NCBI RefSeq assembly: GCF_006345805.1
Contig: NC_043001.1
Span: 46,934,001-46,998,000 of the forward strand
Length of the DNA stretch: 64,000 bases
Source: Octopus sinensis
Taxonomy: Eukaryota
Reading direction: 5' to 3'
Numbering within the stretch: position 1 is the first letter of the stretch; each line of letters starts with the position of its first letter. The notes under the pieces were generated by a model. The model was given only the letters and a program-made list of their open reading frames with translations, was not told where the DNA came from and ran no database searches. This document shows, in pieces, positions 51,685 to 64,000 of the stretch. The position numbers and the translations under genes are program-made.

Positions 51685-51746
51685 TGTTATCCCATCTAGG
51701 CATAAACCTGAACTGCTGTTCAGGTTTATGCCTAAATGGGGTAACA
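51685..51746. other. Near-perfect 62-nt hairpin
   Basis: 29-bp arms TGTTATCCCATCTAGGCATAAACCTGAAC / GTTCAGGTTTATGCCTAAATGGGGTAACA, 4-nt loop, 2 non-Watson-Crick positions. Confidence 0.8.
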
Positions 51747-51789
51747 CTGATGTTCTGCTTCTAGTGAAGCAATTATAGAAGTTCTTAAC

Positions 51790-51995
51790 TGAGAGAGCAA
51801 ACCACTATATTTAACAGTCACCAAGCAGGAGAGGACCATTGACAGGCACCATGCTCTGTAGTCTAGTGCTTAATATTAGATGAATGTTTTGTGATATTTG
51901 TGCAAGCCATGTACAGAGGTGCTGCCTGTAAGGTGAGAGTTAACAATGAGTTCAGGAAGAAATTTAGAGTGCAGGTAGGTATTCATCAGTTCTTA
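51790..51995 (+). mobile_element. RTE RT fragment
   Basis: VQAMYRGAACKVRVNNEFRKKFRVQVGIHQ parallels AIQTLYRDAVSKMRIGNEYSEEFRVEVGVH at ~9000-9090. Confidence 0.65.
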
Positions 51996-54900
51996 GCCTA
52001 TACCTTTTTATTATAGTTCCTTCTACATATCAATAATCATATTTCAAATTTTAAATTGTAGTCTCTCAAAGATATTAAAATACCTGAAATGGACATCATA
52101 CCAATAGGACTCCAACAAAGAGACCATCTCTTGCATGTACAGAAAAGTGATTAGAGAAAACAAAACTGATTTGAAACCACAAATCGACAGCAGACTCAAG
52201 TAACACTAAAAGCAGCATTGTTTGCTCCCTTGAATTACCTAGTTGTATTCCCCTTCATTCATGCCTACAAAACACACATACTTTTCTTCCCCTTCCCATC
52301 ACCTACACAGTATTTTTCCCCCCTACCATGGCCACTATCATTTTTGCAAGCCCCACATTAACCAGTTTCTGTAATCCTTTTTTATCTCAGAGCAACAACC
52401 TTCTGGAATTCCTTCACACCCATTTTTTTTCCTACAAATATTTCTTTACAGATTTTCAAGCTGAGCATCAGTCACATCAATCTCACACATCTGGGAGGGC
52501 TTGTGAACTTTATGGGCACTGTCCATTCTTCCTTGTTAAACCATTAAGACATATTTTGTTGTTAGTAACATTTTGATAGCTTGAGGATAATCAAACAAGT
52601 ACCTGTAATTTATTAAGTGTAGGATATCCTCTGAACTTTTCTCAGTTCAATCCTCATCCCAAGCTGCAGAAAAGTCCATCACAGGGAGTGGGGGTGCTTA
52701 ATTTCCCAGTGTAATTAAATACATAAAACATGGATCTGTATATATATATTTATTTATTCATAACAGACACTGTAGTGGCAGTTTAGTAATGATATATAAA
52801 TAGTTTAAAGTTCTGAGTGCACTGAGGCTGAATGAGATCCACTTAGGTCAAAATAAAGATTGTTTATTTATCAGAACCAAATGTCTTTCTCTTGGTTATA
52901 ACCACAAAATTATTTTAAAACAAGGTTAAGTGTACATTGTTGTACAGAGTTAGTGAAGGTGTCAGGGACTTAGTACAATGCTAGTGATAGGATACAGAAG
53001 GCTGACTTTTGACTGGTAACCTGTCACCTTGTCAGCTTAATCTGATTATTGTTAGGTTACATGAGGCGGGGGTGGGGGCACATCATCGAATGACAAAAAC
53101 TAATTATCTTACCTTGATTAGCAAGTTGGAACTTGGCTTTGATTGTAAGTAAAGCTGTGTAATAGTTTTGAAAGTGGATTTCATCAATCTAATTACAAAC
53201 AGAATATATAATTAGCAATAAAGAGTTGTTTTTTTTAATTTTAAAGAGCATAGGTTTTTTTTTGGTTATGTATTTATAAATAACTTGAAGGTATTTTTAC
53301 CTATCAAAGACAATCGTTATTTTTTATTGATATACAAAATGACTGCTTCATTCCTTTATCCGTTTCTGATTGATTTATAAACCAGTCACTTATAATATCA
53401 GCAACTGCTCTATATTATGGGTACAATTATATTATGGGTACAAGCCACAATTGTTTTTGTCATTTTGTTGTATCTCAGGAGGATCATTAAGCCAATAATA
53501 AACAAGTACTGGTTTTATTTCACTTCTTTTAGTATTAATTGTCCTTTAGTTAAGTGTTAGTGGAAAAGGTTGAGTCTCTCACAGCTAAGATTTACCCTGT
53601 GATTTGGAGAAACTTAGGCCATAGATAAAGAATGCAGAAGTATTAAAGCCACTCACCCTGGTAAAGAAGATTCACCCTGGTGAAGAAGAGTCCTGTGCTG
53701 GTGCCATGTAATAGCACTAATGTGGTTGCTGTGTTAAAAGCACCCAGCACACACCGTAGAGTGCTTAGTGTTAGGAAGAGCATCCAGCTGTAGAAATCAT
53801 GCCAAATCAGACTGGAGCCAGGTGCAGCTCTCTGGCTTGCCAGCATGGACAATGGACATTAAATAATGATGATGGTGGTTTTACCATCACTTCTCTTGTT
53901 TAACCTCTCTCCATGAGAAAAAAGAAAGAAAGGCTCAATTTAATTCACTATTATAACCAAAAGTAAACACATTTTCTGGTTCTCTTCATTAAAAAGATAT
54001 TAAATAATGCTTATTTCATCTTAGAAAAAAAAGGTTAATCATTAAATATTCTGGCACCTCTTCTATGCAACATGGCTTATATCCCATCAATTTACTTCCT
54101 CTATTAAATACTTAAAGTATTTAAATACAGAAATATGATGATGTTTGCTTCTTGATTGTGTACTGTTTGATAGAAGGCATAATATCTACATGAATAAAAG
54201 TAATGTTAAATAAAAACAAAATCTAACATGATCCAACATGGGAACCTCTACCTTGTTGTTTTTATTCCTGATCCTTGGTATAAGAAGTAATATGGTTGTG
54301 GTTAAGAAGCTCATTGTGCAACCATGCGGTTTTAGGTTCAGTCCCACTGTGTGGTACTTTAAGCAAATGTCTTCTATTAGAGCCCTGGGTTGACCAATAC
54401 AGTGTAAGTGAACTTCATACATGAAAGCAGTGTGGAAGCCTGTTGTGTGTGTATATATGTATATATATGAGTGTGTGTGTGTGTGCGTACATTATATTAT
54501 ATATATATATACTAGCTTAAAAGGTGGCTTTTAAGCTAACTCCTGTGATAGGCTCTTCATTGGGCCTTGGGCCCATTAATGACACTTCATGCATTGAGTA
54601 CATATTAAATTTTATTAAACTTGACCAATATTTTTCAAGCAATGAACAATTTTCATCAAAACAATGATATAATTTGTCGACTTGGAACTTATTGCAAAGC
54701 TGTGTGATAAACAACATTTTTTTGTCTTCCGATTTGGAGGTCAGTACAGTTTTTTTTTTCAATCTAACCTCTTTCTTTCTCTCTATCTCTTTCTGTTGAT
54801 TGTTTTCAACCATCACATCTCCAGTATCACCACCATCGCCACTGCAACTGCCATACACACACCATTCAAACTTCTGACACCACCACCATCAATACCTTTG

Positions 54901-56069
54901 ACTTTGCTGCCTTCAGATCTACTACCATCACCACTAACTATCATCGTCAAAGTGTGACACACTGACACACAGAAATTCGTTTTGGCATTTATTATTATAG
55001 TTATATGCCCCGTGTCATTCCTGCTTTTATTCGTTACTGTTTCCAATTTTATCTTCGTCTCTTGTTTTCCTATTCGTCTCTGTTGTCACATTCTTTCCTT
55101 CTACCAAGGAAATCTAATGCCCATAGCTTAGCTTTTCCTTGGGGCTGGTCGTTTTGGAGCAAATCTCAGAATTAAACAGCCGAAATTTGCCATGATGAAT
55201 CGGTTTCTGACTGAAGAATGAAGGCTCTGAATGACTGTCTGTTTACCGTGTTCGTCAATTCGTGAATTTCACGTTCTTTATATATAAAGTTTTATTCTAT
55301 ATATGTATATATATGTATATATATATGTGTGTATATATATGTGTGTGAATATATATATATATGTATGTGTATATATATGTAGCTTAATAATACTAAAACT
55401 CCAGAGATGTATGAGTGAATCTAAAATATCTAAGAAATAGTATATTTTAACTTAATTTTTTTGCATATTTATTTTCATACTTACCTTCGGCAGAGCAGTA
55501 CAAAAATAATTTGTGATATTAGAACCTCTATTTATTAATGGAAACGATTAAATAAAATTTTTGTTTGTTATTTCTTGACAAAAAAACATGGCTTCCATGA
55601 CATCAACACACATACAAAATATGCACACATCTAATGAATGTCATAGTGTGTCAATCAACACAAACACACACCCGCTATCTGTGACATATACACACACATA
55701 GTCTTCACGCTCTCTAAGAAAAAAAGTCAACTTTTTGGCACACACAATATTTTTATCATTTAGAAATATTTTTAAATGAATGTGATTTCAAAAATGTAAG
55801 TTGTTTGTACAGTAAGTATTTATATTTTAGCTTTCTTTAAACAGACAATGTTTTAATGTTTTTTAAAAATTATTTTCAAGTGAATGGTGATCTTTCGAGA
55901 GAGAGAGAGAGGGGAGAGAGAGAGGGAGAGAGAGAAAGAGAGAAAGACAGAGAGGAAGAGAGTAAGTATTTGATAATGAATGTTATTGTAATAATTTGTA
56001 TTTTACCACATAAAAAACAAAAAAAAAACAAAATCTCTGCACTTTCTGTTGAATTTTTTTTTATCTTCT

Positions 56070-56400
56070 ACCGTTTACTTGTTTCAGTCATTAGACTGTG
56101 GCCATGCTCGGGTACCACCCTGGAGAATTTTTAGTTGATTGAATCGATCCCAGTACTTATTCTATCAGTCTGTTTTGCCAAGTTATGGAAACATAAATGT
56201 ACCAACACCAGTTGTCAAGTGTGATGGGGGAACAAACACACACACACAATGGGCTTCTTTGAGTTTCTGTCTACCATATCCACTCACAAGGCTTTGGTCA
56301 GCCTGAGGCTATAGTAGAAGACACTTGCCCAAGGTGCCATGCAGTGGGACCGAACCCAAAACCATATGGTTGAGAAGCAAGCTTCTTACACACAGCCACG
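56070..56400 (-). mobile_element. SINE family with CA-microsatellite core (representative copy)
   Basis: ...GGGCTTCTTT(C/G)AGTTTC(C/T)GTCTACCAAATCCACTCACAAGGCTTTGGTC...GAAGACACTTGCCCAAGGTGCCA. Other copies at ~7420, 12425, 16850, 31920, 32575, 41100, 54280, 56460 and 58770. Confidence 0.75.
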
Positions 56401-59400
56401 ATGGCAAATAAATATCTTATTTTACCTTACTTCTTGCAAAAACAAAAACAAAAGAAAACAAAACAAAAAAACAGGCATGGCTGTTTAGTAAGAAGTTTAC
56501 TTTTTAACCACATGATTTCAGATTCAACCCCACTGCATGGAACTTTGAGCCAGCGTCTTCCAGTATAGACTCAAGCCAACCAAAGCTTTGTCAGTAGATT
56601 TGGCAAACGGAAACTGAAAGAAGCCCATTATGCGCATGCACACGTGTTTGTATTCTCCTCCCCACCTTTTGACAACAGACGTTGTTTTGTTTACGCCCCT
56701 GTAACTTAGCGGTTCGTTATAACTGACCGGTACAACAAGGACTTAAAAAACAAAATAACATAAAGAACTGGAGTTGATATATTCGACCAAAACTCCCCAC
56801 GACGGTGCCCCAGCACAGCTGCACTCCAGTACTTGAAACAAGTAAAAGATAAATCAAGTTGTGTGGTTAAGATGCGGTACGTCAAGTTACGTCGCCTATC
56901 AAAAAAAAAAAAAAATAAATAAATAAAATAATTACAAGAACACCGAAAAAGGAGACCAGTTTTATGGATCCTCTGTTAGTGTTAGTGATAGGTATTTCAG
57001 TTGGCTAGCACAGCTGAATACAACTTTGTAACCACGAAGGAGGCCTAAGGTGGTTGCTCGACTTGCTACAAATAACAGCCAAAACGCTTATATATCAATC
57101 ACACCCTACATTGTGTACATACGCGAAATGTATATGAAAATGTTATGATTAGAATACTTTTAATCGGAGGTCTGCTCAATCATTGCTGACTCTAGACTAA
57201 ACAACAGTTATGTGTGTGCGTGTGCACGTGCGCGCGTAATTAAATAATAAGTAAAAGCACATTGTTGCTTACCCCAGAGATAACTAGGTAGGGAAAAGTG
57301 ATTGGAATGATTTTTTGACCGGTTATGAAATTCGCGTCATTACCAACAAGGATGGAAACGGGTGGTTGTTGCGAACACGCCAAAGCCTTCTGCACTGTTG
57401 CCGCCATAGCAACGTGTCGACAAACGTTGTTGACTGATAGAACAGTGTTGCGACGGTGGTGTTAGAACTGGACTGGTCAGTATTGGTTTCATATACTGAT
57501 TAAGGGGTGTCCCGAAAACAAAGGTAGCGAAAAAAATGTTACTGGAAAAGATAACATTTTATTTAATAACTATAAACAGTTAAAGGAATAACGCAAAAAA
57601 TATCTCAAGTCACTTACTAAACTGATAGCACATGAATTGTACACAGTATATGTATGATGGCCTTACACATACGTGGAAAAATACCTTTATTCAATTTCTC
57701 AATACAATTTATTGAGCTGGCAGAATCGTTAACGCGCGCCGGACGAAATGCTTAGCGATATTTCATCTCCCTTCATGTTCTGAGTTCAAATTTCGCCTGA
57801 GTGGACTTCGCTTTCATCTTTTCGAAATCGATAAAATAAGTACCAGTTGAGGACTGGAGTCGATGTAATCGACTCTCCCCTTCCCTAAATTTCAGGTTTT
57901 GTGTCTAGAGTAGAGTATATATTTAGTGTTTTTAAAGTTGATGATCAACATGAACAATCCAACAAATGTCACGAAGAAACTCTGTCACAGTCTTGTGTTT
58001 TTTTTTTCGTCGAACGACACTTTTTTTCTGTGACTTTTTTTCCCAGGATTTCGATGACTACATTGGCTTTAGGTACATGGAAAGTTGTTTCATTTGTAAA
58101 TGCTAATGCCTATTGAAAAACAATCTCTAAATTATCTATTTAAAAAGATGTCAGTTAATATACTGGATAATATATATTTGTAGTAAATATATTACGGCAA
58201 AGAGAAATAATAATTTCTGATTTGGGCTCAAGGCTAGAAATTTTGAGGTGGGGGTGTTAGTCAATTACATCGACCCCAGTTCTTGACATTACGTTATTTT
58301 ATCTACACCGAAAAGGTGAAAAACAAAGTTGACCTCAGCGAGGTTTGAACCCAGAACGTAAAGAACCGAAACAAATACTACAAGGCATTTTCCAACATTA
58401 ACGATTCTTTTACAATCCTGTTTACTCTGAAACCAAGGAAATGAGTTCCCTAGAATCACGTGGAAAAGCCTTGTCAGTGCCTCTCCTGACCTGGAATTTG
58501 TAATTGCCAACTTCGTCCCGTCAGAAACTGCATATACTGCGACCACATTATCCCACCCCACCTAACCCCATTTAAGCATGAATATCATGCAGTTAGAACC
58601 CTCGTCATCACTTCAGATGCTTGCAATCACTGAGAAATTTCTCTTGCAATAGCACATCCTCAACACAAGACAAAACCGAATTCTCAAAGCTCAGTGAGCT
58701 CGATAATAGAATATTGATCCCCATATTTGGGACAGTGTTGAGACTATGTCCACAAAACATTGACCACAGTACTTACTTTCAAGTGTGCTATTTATTTCAT
58801 CGATATCCATTTGCCGAACTGCTAATTACGGAATATAAACAAAGTGTGCTAATTTTTTGCAAGCTTTTTGAAAATAAAGACTGAAACGCACACGCACCCA
58901 ACACATTCATACATAAATATACAATGAGCTTCCACGCAATTTTTGTCCACCAAATTTGATTTGCAAGGCACTGGTCATTTTAGGTCTATAGTAGAAGGCA
59001 CTTGCCTATTATGCCAATAAGCGAGACAGAACTGAAGACAGCTTAGCTGTGGTGCAAAGCCTATTTTTTGATATCAACGCTTTTCTTGGAAAGCTGCAAA
59101 TAAAAGCCACTGCTTTCTTTCCCGAACATATATAGATCTTTCTACTTATTTGTGTGTGAAAACAACTGTTTTAAAATACTGTTTTGGATTAGGTGAAGAA
59201 TCGTAAACAAAATTTTTGGCAGGGTAGCGAACGATTCTGCAGGTAGGATACCTCGAGCTGATGAACTTTTCGGAAAAGTAGTACACGAGGGAAATGATAA
59301 TTTTTAAAATGGGATTTAGGGTGAGTTCAGAAAAAAATTTTTATTTAGCAACATTTTTACAGGAAGGAAAGAAACAAAAATAAAAGTATTGAAGATATAA

Positions 59401-59885
59401 TCATCGAGGAAGAACCCAGAATTACTTGAAGAAAAGAAAAAGTGTGTGGCGATATACTAAACAGCAAAAGCTGAGTATGGGGAGTAACAGGTTGTCAACA
59501 AAGACCAAATGCGTTCGATCGCGCGCAGACATAATTGCTAAGATGTTGCTGCGGAGAATAGCCTGCAACACTCGCATCAACAGCTACCCCACCTCGCGGG
59601 GCTCATGTCTCAGACTAACCGCTGTTATAATTGGAAGTCGCTAAAATTACTGTTTTTGTTTTCCTTAAACAAAAACATGTTCCAATGTATTTATGTTTTG
59701 CTGTCGTCATTTCGGTGATCACCCTTAACTCACTGTGCTCGAAAGAAGTTATCTCCCTTAATATTGCATTCCCAATTAGTGTCTTTCTACGAGCAATTAA
59801 TTATACTTTAAATAATCAATTTATCCATAAAAATATGTCTTTCCCAAGACATTTTTGTTTTTTGTTTATCTATCACTTTTGGCGA

Positions 59886-59963
59886 AGGTAAAGAATACGC
59901 ACACCACCCTTTTTCGAAGATTAGGGTTATGCCGAACATGGGTGGTGCGCGTATTCTTTACCT
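59886..59963. repeat. Short palindromic element, 24-bp arms
   Basis: AGGTAAAGAATACGCACACCACCC and its complement with 1 mismatch; TTAGGG in the spacer. Confidence 0.75.
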
Positions 59964-60952
59964 AAACGTTGCCCCTGAACCTTTTAATCAAATAGCGTTT
60001 TCAGGGGTAGGGAGTCTAAGAAGCAGCTCAGTGGTGACTCGACCTGCTAGAAATAACAGATCTCTGAAACGACATAAAGTCATAGATAAGGAAAAGACAC
60101 ATCAACAGTGCAGATATTTATATTCCTCAAAAGACGGGATGGTCATGACTGGAATATCTTTCAGTATGGATTTGCTTAATCATGGGCTGACTTGGACTAA
60201 ACAATAACAATTTTAAGCAAAATAAGTACTATAAGAATATAAATTAAAGAGAAGTGAAATTTCGGAAACTCAGTTTTCAGATTGTACGAAACTAAAATTA
60301 TATTACATATTTAATACTTATAAACTCGGATAAATTAGTATTTCATCAGATATAACTGACAATTAATTTTATACATTTCACACAATATATATATATATAT
60401 GAATTTGGTTCTACATATTCACGTCGTCACAAAAAAAAAATACGAAAATGAAAAGAATCAACTTTATCGCTTAGAGACAACTGTTGGTTTATCATGGAAG
60501 TTCACGATGTGTTGTGTCAGTCGTCATTCTCTGAGAGGAGGCTTCAGTGAAGTAAACTTTTCTTCACTTAGGTATGGATACTGGATCACAGACTTAGCTC
60601 GTTGGGTACTTACTTATTGCACAAATCTGTTGTTACAAAAACATAGCTAAATAACTGGAGTGTGGTATAATATATACAAACATTATATGTATACGTACAC
60701 GTGTGTGTATGTATGGCATAACTGCAGAAATGTGCCTACCCGGACGACTTTGTTCTATGATAACTTTCCTGAAAATGCGTATTTTTCAATGAAATTCTCC
60801 AGAAATACATTTTCATTGTGTAGATTATAGTTTTAAGAAAGTTATGGGGCAAGAATGTCGACGGTGGGGGTCACGCTTTTGCAATTACTATAAAATACAC
60901 TCACACACACGTTTAGTTATAGTTTTCGTTCTTAAAATAGATTTATTTTATA

Positions 60953-61198
60953 CAGTAGAGAACATTCTGCTCTGACCGGTCTAGTTTTCAAAGTTCGAAT
61001 TACATTCGCAGAACTTCTATAGCTATGTTTTTGTAATGCACTGCTTGCCCCCCACCCCTCTGCAAGCTTTGTTATTGTTCTGGATTGACACTCACCAGTC
61101 ATTCGCTTTAGAATATACAGCAATGCCTCGGCTATCGCGGGTATTACATTCCAATCCCCCTGTGATAGGTGAAAATCCGCGAAGTAGAAGCTATACTG
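60953..61198. mobile_element. Tigger/pogo-type MITE
   Basis: TA|CAGTAGAG ... CTATACTG|TA ends; subterminal ATCCGCGAAGT motif. Confidence 0.65.
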
Positions 61199-61209
61199 TA
61201 CATTTTTGG

Positions 61210-61303
61210 GGGCGGAGGTAAAGAATACGTACACCACCGGGTTTTCGGCGTAACAAAAACCCTAACCCTAACCACCCAGTGTACGTATTCTTTACCTTCG
61301 CCC
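61210..61303. repeat. Second copy of the short palindromic element, 25-bp arms
   Basis: GGGCG(G/A)AGGTAAAGAATACGTACAC arms; the spacer contains CCCTAACCCTAACC. Confidence 0.75.
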
Positions 61304-61603
61304 ATTTAAAAGAAAATTATTTTTATAATTTGTATATATTTATTTTATTATAAAGGCAAAACAACAACACGTAAGCTTAAATAATAAACCGCGATATGGC
61401 GAGGGATTACTGTAGTCAGTGAAAGTGTTGCTAACTGTTCTGAAGATAACAACCACAGTTGTAATATAATGGTGTTTTAATAATTTTAATGTTTCAAACA
61501 ACTACTAAGCTTTTAAACCGCAATTGAAACTCGAGAGAAGATGAATAGAGTAATACTGGGATCCCACTAGTGTTAAACGATGTGATATGGTAAATGCTGG
61601 GTG

Positions 61604-61670
<67 letters not shown>

Positions 61671-63810
61671 TTGTGTGTTATTTTCATTTTATGGTCAATC
61701 TAAAGGGTTTAACCCGAGCAAAAAAAGTGTAATAGTTGTCAAACTAAAGAGTTTGACCCATTTTACTTCCACTTTCCATACTGGCATGGATTCAAGTGCA
61801 AGACCTCGTTGGACCTATTGCTCTCATACTCGGTAGGAGGACCCAATCTTGCTGACGCTTCATTTCTGCGTTTGATGCCCTTCCAATCACCAACCTTTTT
61901 AACTAAAAAGATTGGTGATGGGTACAATTTATTGTGGTACCAGCACGAGATTAGTATTGTCTCATGGTCTTGACAAGACTAATGGGTCCTTTGTTACCGT
62001 GTCCATCTGCTCCCCAACCATTTTTGATGGTATAGAGTATAGTTTTATGGAAGTGTACTGAATATATTTTATGTGATATGTGTACTAATGCTGTTACCTT
62101 GTATCCTGCAAAACAAAAGGAGGGTTCTTATTGTTCTACATTGTCTCCATTTGTACTAAGCAATTTCACTAAAGGAATGGGTACAAGACGATTGCGAAAG
62201 AACTAGAATGAAAGAGAGAAAAGGAGAAGAGTATGATGGTCTATTTAGGAAATAGAAAAGGGGCAATGAAAGAGGTAGTACTAGTATTTGTAAAATGTAA
62301 TGAAACAGTAATTGTAGGGGGTAATGGAAGAGAATGAGTGATGGAGAGCTGTAAAATGATTAGTTGTAAGAGTGTTGTAAAAGTTGAGTGACCTGAAGGA
62401 GAGAAAGTGGAAACAAGCAGTATAACATTAGCTGGTAAAGAGAACATGCATAATGAATTGTTTAGATGGCAACTCTAAGAGACTAAGGGAGGGTGCGTGA
62501 AGTGGGGTGTATCAGATACGATGTAATTTCTCTCTAACAAGTCATTGGGATCAGGAAGAGACATAGGAGGGAAAGAGATACCAACAGATCTGATGCAATC
62601 TCTTGATAGCTAACAATCATGATGAGATGGAGGCATTAGATGCTTGTGATAGAGTGATAAATAGTGAGAAATGAATGATGTACTAAATGTTAGTAGGAGA
62701 GATAGTATGTGTTTTGGTGTGATGAGTGTTAGTGAAACCAGGGTAATGTTACCTGGTAAGAGAATGATGAGTGCCAATAAAGTGGTTTGAAGGAGAAAGA
62801 GTGTTGGCTAGTAAGGGGTGTATTGGTTATTAATAGGTCTGAAGCAATCTCTTATTACTCAAGCAATATGATGAGAGGAAGAAATGACAAAAGAGAACTA
62901 GTTGGTGGCAGAAATAAGGATTTAGTATAAACAGCTCTAGTGTTTCTCTCATTCCATGGATATTTCGATTGGAGCTTCCAGCTGTATGAAAATTTCCTGA
63001 TGCACCCCACTTGTCAGAAAACAGCTTCAGGAGTTGTGAATAATGAATTTGTGTGTAGTCTGTTTCTGAGAGCTATTCTATTGGACCTCTGTCTAATCAT
63101 TGAAACATTGATTTAATTATGAACATAGAAAGAAATTATACATTAATCCCTATTTTTGTAAGCAATTATATCCCTAAAAATTTTATTTGCAGAGAGCAAA
63201 AATTGAAAGAAGATATATGAAATGGACATGTGTGTGTGTGCATGCATGCTTGCATGTGTGTATGTGGGAGAGAAAGAGGGTGAGAAAGAAAGATTAAGAT
63301 TATTAACCCCACAAAGAGGTAAAAGAAGATAGACAATATAGCGAAAGGTTTGGCTGAATGTCATCCTGTACTCCCCTTCTTGCTAGCGAAATGGTATATG
63401 CCAGCTGTGTGAGAAACTGGTTGTTTTAATGGTGGAACAAACAGGGGAATTCCATTAGAAAAGGTTTTAATCGATTTTCTCAGTAACTATGGGGGCTAAG
63501 AAAAAAATACAAACCGCATTCCAATCTATGCAACCGTCTCCACATGTGTGCCATTTTTCACGCGAATCCACCCAGCTGTTTGGCTATGAACCTCAAGACA
63601 AGAAAGAATACAACAATCACCCATGTCCAATTTATATTATAGATATATACACACACACACACATATATATATATCGGACAGTGCATGTACACACACATAT
63701 TTATATTATACATCTTTTTGCATGCGCAGAAATCTATAATGTACTATGCATAGCACATATTTGCCTTTCTGATATTGTTCACTTTATATTGTATTCTTTG
63801 TCACTGCCTG

Positions 63811-64000
63811 TTAAACTGCAGATATAACTTGATATGACATTTTGGTATTTCTGAATATAGCAATGTGGTTGGTTTTAGCTCCTTCAATGTGTCTGTCATT
63901 CCAGCTACCATTTGTGGACCTACCTCCAAGTTTTGGAGTGTCCACATAAGTTTTGGAGGTAGGACCTGTGGTAGGTGTTTCTGCTCTCTGTATCACTGTT
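63811..64000 (-). CDS. Possible terminal coding exon of a neighbouring gene
   Basis: The frame is open from the window edge: TVIQRAETPTTGPTSKTYVDTPKLGGRSTNGSWNDRHIEGAKTNHIAIFRNTKMSYQVISAV*. No recognisable homology. Confidence 0.2.
   Translation of the reverse strand, partial: TVIQRAETPTTGPTSKTYVDTPKLGGRSTNGSWNDRHIEGAKTNHIAIFRNTKMSYQVISAV

Noticed and set aside
55477-55497. U1 snRNA 5' end (ATACTTACCT)
   Set aside because: Only about 10 nt match and no U1 body follows; equally the complement of a consensus splice donor.
57400-57413. RFX X-box-like GCCGCCATAGCAAC suggesting a ciliary promoter
   Set aside because: A single imperfect motif with no linked TSS; probably within a transposon relic.
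62100-63100. Minus-strand hydrophobic ORF (62241..62447) as a gene exon
   Set aside because: Purine/pyrimidine-skewed degenerate sequence, more consistent with an old LINE remnant; no splice or homology support.

Overview
Eukaryotic, AT-rich, microsatellite- and repeat-dense DNA. The SINE/LINE families and (TA)n/(CAT)n/(GA)n load look like an octopus (coleoid cephalopod) genome; this is inference from repeat recognition, not a database hit. One host gene is well supported: a CD36/SCARB (scavenger receptor class B) family gene on the minus strand. Its first four coding exons (21196-21083, 4741-4581, 4236-4098, 1346-1143; 618 nt, 206 aa) splice in frame with canonical GT-AG sites and CD36-like phases 0/2/0/0, and the gene continues off the left edge. 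The rest is mostly transposon debris: a near-intact 1,291-bp DD34D mariner with TA duplication, RTE, CR1-like, R4/Dong-like and Penelope-like retroelements, hAT and pogo remnants, MITEs, several SINE families and a decayed tRNA-Pro gene. The most unusual signal is six minimal type-I hammerhead ribozyme motifs from three unrelated repeat families. Five lie in the 16-kb first intron of the CD36-family gene, four of them as two head-to-head inverted pairs. In both pairs the copy in the pre-mRNA sense keeps an intact catalytic core and the antisense partner has lost G12. No CRISPR array or rRNA was seen.
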